From the NCBI GenBank assembly GCA_035626435.1, contig DASPNQ010000075.1:124-64123 (forward strand): DNA of 64,000 bases, in the 5' to 3' direction. The notes under the pieces are model-generated. The model made no database searches. It was not told the origin of the DNA and saw only the letters and a list, made by a program, of their open reading frames with translations. The translations under genes were made by a program, and so were the position numbers. This document shows, piece after piece, positions 18,748 to 26,521 of the stretch (the stretch's first letter is position 1; each line of letters starts with the position of its first letter). This DNA is from Vicinamibacterales bacterium (GTDB taxonomy: Bacteria; Acidobacteriota; Vicinamibacteria; Vicinamibacterales; UBA2999).

Positions 18748-20697
18748 ATGAGAGGGATGCGCAGGATGGTCCATCCTCTCGTTCGCGATGCTCGCGGCGC
18801 CGCGCTTCGGCCGGCGACGTGGGACGAGGCGCTCGAACGCGTCGCTCGTGGTTTTACCGCGACGCGGGACACGCACGGCGGCCAGGCCTTCGGCCTGTTC
18901 AGCTGCTCGAAAAGCACGAACGAGATGAACTACGCGGCGCAGAAGTTCGCCCGCGTGGTGATGGGCTCCAACAACCTCGACAGCTGCAACCGTACGTGAC
19001 ATGCCCCGAGCGTCGCCGGTCTGGCGACGGCATTCGGCATGGGCGGGGGGACCAGCTCGTACCGCGAGATTGAAGAAACGGATTGCATCCTGCTCTGGGG
19101 ATCGAACGCCAGGGAGACGCATCCGATCTTCTTCCACCACCTGCTCAAGGGCGTGAAGCGCGGGGCGAAGCTCTACGCAATCGATCCACGGCGCACCAGC
19201 TCCGCGGAGTGGGCGGACGTGTGGGCGGGCCTCGACGTCGGTACCGACATCGCGCTGGCCAACACCATGGCGCGCGAGATCATCTGCAGCGGCCTGACCC
19301 ACGACGAATTCATCGAACATGCGACGACCGGCTTCGCCGAATATCGTGACCTGGTCATGCCGTGGACGCTCGACCGGGGCGCGCTGGAAACCGGCGTGCC
19401 CGCGGCGGTGATTCGGGAGATGGCGCATACCTACGCGACCGCGCCACGCGCGATCATCTGCTGGACCCTCGGCATCACCGAGCATCACACCGCCGTGCAC
19501 AACGTGCTCGCGTTGATCAACCTGGCGCTGCTGACCGGTCACGTCGGCCGGTGGGGATCGGGGTTGAATCCGCTGCGCGGTCAGAACAACGTGCAGGGCG
19601 GTGGCGACATGGGCGCGCTGCCGGATCGGCTGCCGGGGTTCCAGCACGTCGAGAACGATGCCGTGCGGGCGAAGTTCGACGCCTTTTACGGCGTCGCGAT
19701 CCCGCCGAAGAAGGGCTGGCATCTGTCGGGGATGTTCGATGCGATGGAACGTGGCGAGCTGAGGGCGCTCTACGTGATCGGCGAGAACCCGTTGCAATCG
19801 GAGGCCGATCAGCATCGCGCGACGCGGCTGATCGAGGGGCTCGAGTTTCTCGTCGTGCAGGACATCTTCCTGACCGAGACCGCGCAACGGGCCGATGTCG
19901 TGTTGCCGGCGGCGGCCGGCGCGTTCGAATCCGAAGGTACCGTCACCAACAGCGAGCGGCGCGTGCAGCGGGTCCGCAGGACGCTCGATCCACCCGGAGA
20001 GGCGCGCGAGGATTTGAAGATCATCGTCGACATCGCGCGCCGCATGGGCCACGACTGGCCGGATGATGCCGAGTCGATGTGGAACGAGGTGCGGCAGCTG
20101 TCGCCCGTGCACGCGGGGATGAGCTACGCGCGGCTGGACGCGTTGGACGGCCTCCGCTGGCCGTGCTACGACGAGGAGCATCCGGGCGAGATGTTCCTGC
20201 ACTCGCGGCTGTGGGAGCGCCCGGTCAAGGGACCGCGCGCGCCGTTTTCGATCGTGCGGCACGCGCTGCCGCTCGACGAGTTGAGCGACGACTTCCCGCT
20301 GCGCCTGACCACCGGCCGCCGCCTCGCCGAATACAACACCGGCGTGCAGACCGGCTCGTATGCCTACCCGACGCGTCGCGGCGAAACGCTCGACGTGTCG
20401 CCGGAAGATGCGGAGCGCCTCGGCCTGTCGGAGGGACAGCGGGTGCGCATCTGCTCGCGCCGCGGCTCGGTCGTAGCGCCGGTGCATCTCGACGAAGCGC
20501 TCCGTCCGGGTTTGACCTTCATGACCTTCCATTTTCCCGACGACGTCTCGACCAACCTGCTGACGAACGACAAGGTCGATCCGCTCGTCGGCACGGCGGA
20601 GTTCAAGGCCACGGCGATTCGCATCGAGAAGCTGGACGCGGCTGCCGTGCACGAGGATCCGGCCGTCGCGGCGGAGGCCTCCCGCTCCGGGCGCTGA
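18748..20697 (+). CDS. fdhA: Formate dehydrogenase catalytic (molybdopterin) polypeptide with in-frame TGA (putative selenocysteine) at 18997..18999; lacks the N-terminal Fe-S domains
   Basis: Track ORFs 18607..18999 and 19039..20697 are in the same frame. Read-through gives MVHPLVRDARGAALRPATWDEALERV...NYAAQKFARVVMGSNNLDSCNRT-[TGA]-HAPSVAGLATAFGMGGG. This aligns, from memory, with the E. coli FdhF segment ...VSWDEAL...[32 protein letters not shown]. The C-terminus has the molybdopterin dinucleotide-binding tail (DPLVGTAEFKATAIRIEKL). The start could be any of ATG 18748, 18757 or 18766. Confidence 0.8.
19006..19037 (+). promoter_or_regulatory. Putative bacterial SECIS stem-loop
   Basis: Perfect 7-bp stem CGTCGCC (19011-19017) with GGCGACG (19023-19029) and loop GGTCT. 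The hairpin starts 11 nt after the TGA. The stem extends through CCGAG (19006-19010) with TTCGG (19033-19037) across a 3-nt bulge. Confidence 0.6.
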
Positions 20698-22469
20698 TGG
20701 ATCTGCACATCGTCGGCGCGGAACCGAGCGAAGCCGAGCGGGCTGCCGTCGATCGACTGCTGGGCCCGCCGGTGAGCGGCTGGGGCGGCGGCGAGCGTGA
20801 TATCGCGCGCGACGGCCGTGCGGCCGTCGGTGGCCGCAGCCTGACCGGCGATCGCGATCGCCTGCTCCCGGCGCTGCATGCGGTCCAGGACGCGATGGGG
20901 TGGATCAGCCGCGGCGCGCTCAATTACATCTGCCGGCGTTTGACGGTACCGCCGGCGGAGGCGTGGGGTGTCGTGACTTTCTATCACCTGCTCGCCACCG
21001 AGCCGCAGTCCGGCAACATCGCGCACGTCTGCGACGACATCGCTTGTCGCCTCCACGGCCTCGACACGCAGATCGCCGACTTGACGAGCCAGGGCTTCAC
21101 GGTGAAACGCTCGCCGTGCCTGGGCCAATGTGATTACGGCGCGGCCGCGCTGATCACGCGCGCCGGCAAAGACCCGCAGCGATTTGTCGTGAAGCCCGCG
21201 GTGGTACCGCACCTCGGCGCCCTGGGCGCCGCGCGCCTGCTCAAGCGCATCGGACGCGTCGATCCCTCCAGCCTCGATGAGTATCGCCGCCACGGCGGGT
21301 ATTCGGCGCTCGCGAAAGCGATCGAGATGGGGCCTGCTCGAGTGATCGCCGAAGTGACGGCGGCCAAGCTGATGGGCCGCGGCGGCGCGGCGTTCCCGAC
21401 CGGCCGCAAGTGGGAGGCGGTCGCACGCGAATCGAGCTATCCGCATTACGTGGTGTGTAATGCCGATGAATCGGAACCGGGCACGTTCAAGGATCGTGTC
21501 GTCATGGAACAGGATCCGTTTGCGGTGATCGAGGCGATGACGATCTGTGGATTCGCGACCGGCGCCGCGCGCGGCTTCATTTACATCCGCGGCGAATATC
21601 CCGAAGCGGAACGCGCGATCGGTCACGCGATCGCGCAGGCGGCCGCGGCCGGCTATCTCGGCCCGGACATCGCGCGATCGGGTTTTGCGTTCGGCATCGA
21701 GATCCGGCGCGGCGGCGGCGCCTATATCTGCGGCGAGGAGACGGCGCTGTTCAATTCGATCGAAGGCAAGCGCGGTGAGCCGCGCTCGAAGCCGCCGTTC
21801 CCGGCCCAGTCCGGGCTGTTCGGCAAGCCGACGGTGGTCAACAACGTCGAAACGCTGGTCAACGTGCTCGACATCGTCAACGAGGGAGGCGAGGCCTGGG
21901 CCAACAGCGGGACGCCTGCGTCGACGGGGTCGCGCCTGTTTTGCCTGTCCGGACATGTCGTCAATCCCGGCCTCTACGAGATCGAGTGCGGACGGACGCT
22001 GCGAGAAGCGATTGAGCTCGCCGGCGGCATCCATCCGGGACGTCGCCTGCAGGCAGTGCTGCTTGGCGGCGCTGCCGGGACGTTCGTCGGGCCGGACGCC
22101 CTCGACATGCCGCTGTCATTCGAGGGCGCGCGCGCGGCCGGGGCGACGCTGGGATCGGGTGTCATCATGGTGTTCGACGACACCGCCGACTTGCACGACA
22201 CCCTGCGCCGCATCGCCGAGTTCTTCAAGCACGAATCGTGCGGCCAGTGCGTGCCGTGCCGCGTCGGAACGGTGAGGCAGCTCGAGATGCTGTCGGCCTC
22301 CGCTGGCGGCGCGCGCGTCGCCGATCGAACCTACGCGGAGCTGGCTCAAGCGATGCGCGATGCGTCAATCTGTGGCCTGGGACAGACGGCGGCGTCAGCC
22401 ATCGAGTCTGCGTTCGCCAATGTGTTGAGACCGAGGCCTGAGGATCCCAACAGCGGAGGACACGTGTGA
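20697..22469 (+). CDS. NuoE-like [2Fe-2S] / NuoF-like (FMN, NAD, [4Fe-4S]) fusion protein, the diaphorase unit of an NAD-linked formate dehydrogenase
   Basis: The ATG at 20697 overlaps the upstream stop (TGATG). The N-terminal part has Cx4C...Cx3C (HVCDDIAC, SPCLGQC). The remainder is the 51-kDa family (GRGGAAFPTGRKW, NADESEPGTFKDR, ESCGQCVPCRVG). Confidence 0.85.
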   Translation: MDLHIVGAEPSEAERAAVDRLLGPPVSGWGGGERDIARDGRAAVGGRSLTGDRDRLLPALHAVQDAMGWISRGALNYICRRLTVPPAEAWGVVTFYHLLATEPQSGNIAHVCDDIACRLHGLDTQIADLTSQGFTVKRSPCLGQCDYGAAALITRAGKDPQRFVVKPAVVPHLGALGAARLLKRIGRVDPSSLDEYRRHGGYSALAKAIEMGPARVIAEVTAAKLMGRGGAAFPTGRKWEAVARESSYPHYVVCNADESEPGTFKDRVVMEQDPFAVIEAMTICGFATGAARGFIYIRGEYPEAERAIGHAIAQAAAAGYLGPDIARSGFAFGIEIRRGGGAYICGEETALFNSIEGKRGEPRSKPPFPAQSGLFGKPTVVNNVETLVNVLDIVNEGGEAWANSGTPASTGSRLFCLSGHVVNPGLYEIECGRTLREAIELAGGIHPGRRLQAVLLGGAAGTFVGPDALDMPLSFEGARAAGATLGSGVIMVFDDTADLHDTLRRIAEFFKHESCGQCVPCRVGTVRQLEMLSASAGGARVADRTYAELAQAMRDASICGLGQTAASAIESAFANVLRPRPEDPNSGGHV

Positions 22470-23365
22470 GCGAGCCGATTTGGTTCACCCTGCCGCCACG
22501 GTCGACGGCCGATCCAAAGCCGCCGGCGCCGGCCGACAAGCCGCTGGTTCGGGTCACGATCGACGGGCGTTCGATCGACGTGCCGCAAGGCACGACGATC
22601 ATCGACGCCTGCAAGATCCTCGGCATCGAGATCCCCACGCTGTGCTATCTGGAGACCCTGACTCCGGTCAACGCCTGCCGGGTCTGCGTCGTCGAAGTCG
22701 AGGGCGCGCGGGTGCTCGCTCCGGCGTGTTCTCGCGCCGTCGAAGCCGGCATGATGATCAAGACCCGATCGCCGCGCGTCGATCTGTCACGCAAGCTCGT
22801 GCTGGAATTGCTCGCTTCGTCCGTCGACCTGTCGACAGCCCCCTCGCTTCAGCCGATGATGCAGGAGTACGGCGCCAATCCGGAGCGGTTTGGCCACGGC
22901 GAAACCGTCGCCCAGCCCGTGAAGGTCGACAACGATCTCTACATCCGCGATTACAGCAAGTGCGTGCTTTGCTACAAATGCGTTGAAGCGTGCGGGCACG
23001 ATGCCCAGAACACGTTTGCGATCGCCGTTGCAGGTCGTGGCTTCGATGCGCACATTTCCACCGAGCTCGATGTCCCGCTTCCCGAGTCCGCGTGCGTCTA
23101 TTGCGGCAACTGCATTGCGGTGTGTCCGACCGGCGCGCTGATGGCGAAGCCCGAATTCGATTTGAGGGAAGCGGGCGAGTGGCGCCCGCAGGAGCAGACC
23201 GCCACCGACACGATTTGTCCGTATTGCGGCGTCGGTTGCACGCTGACCGTTCACGTGCAGGATCGCCAGATCATCAAAGTCACGTCGCCGTTCGACAACG
23301 AGGTGACGCGCGGGAATTTATGCGTCAAGGGGCGGTTTGGCTTCGAGTACGTGAATAACGGGTAG
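22466..23365 (+). CDS. Fe-S polypeptide equivalent to the N-terminal part of an FdsA/NuoG-type formate dehydrogenase alpha chain
   Basis: The GTG at 22466 overlaps the upstream stop (GTGTGA) and GGAGGA lies 6 nt upstream. Contains a 2Fe-2S ferredoxin-type fold (TLCYLETLTPVNACRVCVVEVEG) and two 4Fe-4S motifs (CVLCYKCVEAC, CVYCGNCIAVCP). The molybdopterin-oxidoreductase 4Fe-4S domain CPYCGVGC...LCVKGRFGFEYV comes next and is followed immediately by the stop. Confidence 0.85.
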   Translation: MSEPIWFTLPPRSTADPKPPAPADKPLVRVTIDGRSIDVPQGTTIIDACKILGIEIPTLCYLETLTPVNACRVCVVEVEGARVLAPACSRAVEAGMMIKTRSPRVDLSRKLVLELLASSVDLSTAPSLQPMMQEYGANPERFGHGETVAQPVKVDNDLYIRDYSKCVLCYKCVEACGHDAQNTFAIAVAGRGFDAHISTELDVPLPESACVYCGNCIAVCPTGALMAKPEFDLREAGEWRPQEQTATDTICPYCGVGCTLTVHVQDRQIIKVTSPFDNEVTRGNLCVKGRFGFEYVNNG

Positions 23366-23451
23366 GGCAGACAGGCAGACAGGCAGACAGGCAGACAGGC
23401 AGACAGGCCGACAGGCCGACAGGCAGACAGGCCGACAGGCAGACAGGCAGG
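23366..23451. repeat. Tandem octamer array GGCAGACA (10 units, 3 as GGCCGACA)
   Basis: Read directly from the sequence. The array starts at the base after the TAG stop at 23363-23365. There are 10 consecutive in-phase 8-nt units, then a partial GGCAGG. Confidence 0.95.
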
Positions 23452-23454
23452 CTG

Positions 23455-23486
23455 CTATCAAATTGACACTATTATCAGTTTGATAG
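23455..23486. promoter_or_regulatory. Inverted repeat / candidate PadR operator overlapping a TTGACA -35 box
   Basis: CTATCAAATTGA (23455-23466), then 8 nt, then TCAGTTTGATAG (23475-23486); the arms match at 11 of 12 positions. This is an AT-rich island in GC-rich DNA, with TTGACA at 23463-23468. It lies 13 nt upstream of the padR ATG. Confidence 0.4.
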
Positions 23487-23498
23487 TAGTGTCGCGAC

Positions 23499-23852
23499 AT
23501 GCCTCAGGATCGCGACCGCGTCGATCGTTTTCTTCCCCTCAAGCCGTTCGTGCTCGACGTATTGCTCGAGCTGGCCGAAGGCAAACGTCACGGTTGGGGT
23601 CTGATTCGGCACATTCAGCAACACGACGGCGGCGGCAGGATTCTGCCCGCCAACTTCTACCGCACGCTGCGGGCGCTGCGGGATGACGGGCTGATCGAGG
23701 AAACGGCAGGCGACGCCGAGGCGGATCCTGCCGAACGCCGCCAGTACTTCAGCCTGACAACGCTTGGCGCGAAAGTGGCGCGCGCGGAAGTGAAACGGCT
23801 CGAAGCGCTGGTCGTCGATCCTCGCGCCAGGCGCTTGCTGAGGAGCCGCTAG
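23499..23852 (+). CDS. PadR-family transcriptional regulator
   Basis: Winged-helix PadR signature LKPFVLDVLLELAEGKRHGWGLIRHIQ...FYRTLRALRDDGLIEE. The stop lies 2 nt before the permease start. Confidence 0.85.
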   Translation: MPQDRDRVDRFLPLKPFVLDVLLELAEGKRHGWGLIRHIQQHDGGGRILPANFYRTLRALRDDGLIEETAGDAEADPAERRQYFSLTTLGAKVARAEVKRLEALVVDPRARRLLRSR

Positions 23853-23854
23853 CC

Positions 23855-26512
23855 ATGGCGATCAGCCGGACGTTGTATCGGGTGTTGCTGCGGCTCTGTC
23901 CTCCGGATCTCCGCCGCGAGTTCGGCGCCGAGATGGAGGCCCTGTTTGTCGCCGATCTCGCGCGCGCCCGGGGCCTGGGCCGGCTTGCGGTCTGGGCACG
24001 AGCGCTTGCCGACGTCCTGCGGCATGGATTCGGGGCGCGCAACGATGGTTGGCGTCGCTTCCGCAGGACATCCGCCTACGTCGAATACGAGACCGGGCGA
24101 TGGACGTTCGAGACATGGCGTTATGACGTGCGGCACGCGATCAGGGCGATGGGCCGTCAGCCCGCCACCAGCGCAATCATCGTGCTGACCCTGGCTTTGG
24201 CGATCGGCGCGAACACCGCAGTGTTTTCGGCGGTGCAGGCCGTGTTATTGCGGCCGTTGCCGTATCCGCAGCCCGAACGCCTCGTGCGGGTGTACGAGAA
24301 GCGTCCGAACGAAGGCGTGTTCACGAACCCCGTGTCGCCGGCGGACTTCCTCGACTGGGCCCGGCTCAGCACGACATTCGCCTCGGTGGCGGCACTCAGC
24401 GAGGCCGCCTTCGATCTCACCGGCGCCGGTGACCCCGAACGGGTGCCCGGCGCCATGGTGACGGCGTCGTTGTTCGAGGTGTTCGGCGTCCGCGTAATGC
24501 ACGGCCGCGGCTTCGCGGCGGAGGAAAACCTGGCCGGCCGCAATCGCGTCGCCGTACTGAGTCACGCGTTGTGGCAGCAGCGCTTCGGCAGCGATTCCAG
24601 CGTCGTTGGACGCACCATCATGTTGCAGGGATTGCCGCATCAAGTGATCGGGGTGCTACCGCCGGACGTAGCGTTCCCCGCGGGAGAGACGCGCATCCTG
24701 ACGCCCGCCGTGCTGCAGGCCGGCGCCGAGCCGCCGCAGCGCTCGGCACATTACCTCCAGGTCTACGGCCGGTTGAAGCCCGACGCGACGCTCGAACAGG
24801 CGCGCGCCGAAATGGATCGCATCGGGCGAGACCTGGAGGCGCAATATCCCGACACGAATCGAGGACACGGCTCGCACGTCGAGGCACTGGCCCCCGATAT
24901 GGTCAAGAGCGTGCGCGGGATGCTGCTGATCCTGATGGTGGCGGTCGCGTTCGTCTTGCTGATCGCCTGCATCAACGTCACCAACCTGCTGCTTGCGAAA
25001 GCCGCGGGGCGCCGTCGCGAGATGGCGCTGCGCGCGGCCATCGGCGCCGGACGTGCGCGGCTGCTCAGGCAGATGCTCGTTGAAGCGGTCGTCCTGGCGT
25101 TCGTCGGCGGCGCCGCCGGCCTGCTCGTCGCGGTATGGGGCGTGCAAATGCTCGCCGTTCAGATGCCACCGGCGCTGCGCCTCGATGACTCAGTCGTCTT
25201 CAGCCTCCCCGTACTCGCGTTCACGATCGCGGCGTGTGTGGGAACGGGGCTAGTGGCGGGCATTCTGCCGGCATGGCACTTCCTGCACGGCGATCCCGGC
25301 GAGACCTTGAAAGCCGGCGGCCGCGCGCCGGTGAGCCTGCGCAAGCGGCTGCGCTTCGGCTTGATCGTCGCGGAAATCGCGTTGACGTCGCTGGTGCTCG
25401 TCGGCGCCGGTTTGACGCTGCGCAGCTTTCAGCGCGTGTTGACGGAGCCTTCGGGAATCGACACCGCCGGGCGACTGACGTTCAACGTGCGGTTGCCACG
25501 AGCGCGGTATGCCGACGGCGAGGCGCTGACGCGCTTTTACGCCGAGCTCGAGCGTCGCTTCGCCGCGGATCCGGCAATTCGTCGCGCGGGCGCGACGAGC
25601 GCGCTGCCGCTCACGCCCGCCGATCAGCGCAACGGGATCGTGATTGATGGACTGGAGCGGACCGCGGAGGACGGGCCGACCCGCGCCCACCCGCGCTCGG
25701 TCACGCCCGGATATCTACCCGCCGCCGGAATGCAGGTGATGCAGGGCCGTGGGCTTGTCGACGCCGATCGCACCGGGCCCAGGGTCACGGTCATCAACGA
25801 AACCATGGCGCGGCGCTATTGGCCCGGCCGATCGCCGCTTGGTGCGCGAGTGCGATTCTCCGCGGAGGACGACCGCTGGTACGAGATAGTGGGCATCGTC
25901 GGCGACGTCAAACATTGGGGCCTCGACGCGCCGGCCAATCCCGAAATGTATGTGGCGTTCGAACAGTACCCGCAGGCCAGCATGTCGTTCGTCCTGGAAG
26001 CGGCCGCCAACCCGCTGACGCTGATTCCAAACGTGCACGCGGCTGTGCGGGCAATCGACCCGAACCTGCCGCTGTCAGACGTGCGCACGTTTGACGTCGT
26101 GGCTTCGCGATCGGTCCAACAGCGGCGCTTTACGATGCTGTTGCTGACGTGCTTCGCCGTGCTGGCGCTGGTGCTTGCGGCCGCAGGCATCTACGGCGTG
26201 ATGGCGCACGTCGTCGCGCTGCGAACGGCGGAGATCGGTGTGCGGTTGACGCTCGGTGCGAAACCTTCCGCGGTGATGCGCCAGGTACTTGGCGAGGGTG
26301 CGATGCAGACCGCGATCGGCCTCGCGATTGGTCTCGGCGCGTCGCTCGCGTTGATGCAGGGCTTGCGGACGATCCTGTTCGGGATTGAACCGACGGATCC
26401 GTTCACGCTCGTGTCGGTGGGAGCAGCGCTGATGCTCGTCGCGCTACTCGCCGTGACCGTCCCCGCGCTGCGGGCGATGCGCGTCGATCCGGTCACGGCG
26501 CTGCGACAGTAG
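23855..26512 (+). CDS. Duplicated FtsX/MacB-type ABC permease (ADOP-type orphan permease)
   Basis: 885 aa. The N-terminal cytoplasmic segment is followed by two modules, each TM + MacB-like periplasmic domain + FtsX 3-TM bundle (both halves end ...DPxxALR). No ATPase gene is adjacent. Confidence 0.85.
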   Translation: MAISRTLYRVLLRLCPPDLRREFGAEMEALFVADLARARGLGRLAVWARALADVLRHGFGARNDGWRRFRRTSAYVEYETGRWTFETWRYDVRHAIRAMGRQPATSAIIVLTLALAIGANTAVFSAVQAVLLRPLPYPQPERLVRVYEKRPNEGVFTNPVSPADFLDWARLSTTFASVAALSEAAFDLTGAGDPERVPGAMVTASLFEVFGVRVMHGRGFAAEENLAGRNRVAVLSHALWQQRFGSDSSVVGRTIMLQGLPHQVIGVLPPDVAFPAGETRILTPAVLQAGAEPPQRSAHYLQVYGRLKPDATLEQARAEMDRIGRDLEAQYPDTNRGHGSHVEALAPDMVKSVRGMLLILMVAVAFVLLIACINVTNLLLAKAAGRRREMALRAAIGAGRARLLRQMLVEAVVLAFVGGAAGLLVAVWGVQMLAVQMPPALRLDDSVVFSLPVLAFTIAACVGTGLVAGILPAWHFLHGDPGETLKAGGRAPVSLRKRLRFGLIVAEIALTSLVLVGAGLTLRSFQRVLTEPSGIDTAGRLTFNVRLPRARYADGEALTRFYAELERRFAADPAIRRAGATSALPLTPADQRNGIVIDGLERTAEDGPTRAHPRSVTPGYLPAAGMQVMQGRGLVDADRTGPRVTVINETMARRYWPGRSPLGARVRFSAEDDRWYEIVGIVGDVKHWGLDAPANPEMYVAFEQYPQASMSFVLEAAANPLTLIPNVHAAVRAIDPNLPLSDVRTFDVVASRSVQQRRFTMLLLTCFAVLALVLAAAGIYGVMAHVVALRTAEIGVRLTLGAKPSAVMRQVLGEGAMQTAIGLAIGLGASLALMQGLRTILFGIEPTDPFTLVSVGAALMLVALLAVTVPALRAMRVDPVTALRQ

Positions 26513-26521
26513 CGACCGGGG

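Noticed and set aside
18997-18999. The TGA as a genuine stop or pseudogenising nonsense mutation in the FDH gene.
   Set aside because: The codon sits exactly at the Sec/Cys active-site column. The downstream frame stays intact for 565 codons with all family motifs. A SECIS-like hairpin occurs at the expected spacing. A nonsense mutation cannot be fully excluded without sel gene evidence.
18676-22034. Very long minus-strand ORFs (658 aa at 18676..20652 and 556 aa at 20364..22034) across the FDH operon.
   Set aside because: They lie antisense to unmistakable FdhA and NuoE/F homologs. Composition is dominated by Arg, Ala, Gly and Pro, with no motifs.
23366-23451. Possibility that the tandem arrays are CRISPR arrays.
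   Set aside because: The units are only 7-8 nt and directly abut each other with no spacers. No cas genes are present in the window.
23318-23500. 60-aa minus-strand ORF with the repetitive peptide CLSACRPVCLSAC. Similar repeat-derived ORFs occur at 45517..45753 and 53600..53983.
   Set aside because: These are artefacts of translating the 7- and 8-nt tandem arrays. There are no start-site signals, and the periodic peptide simply mirrors the DNA repeat.
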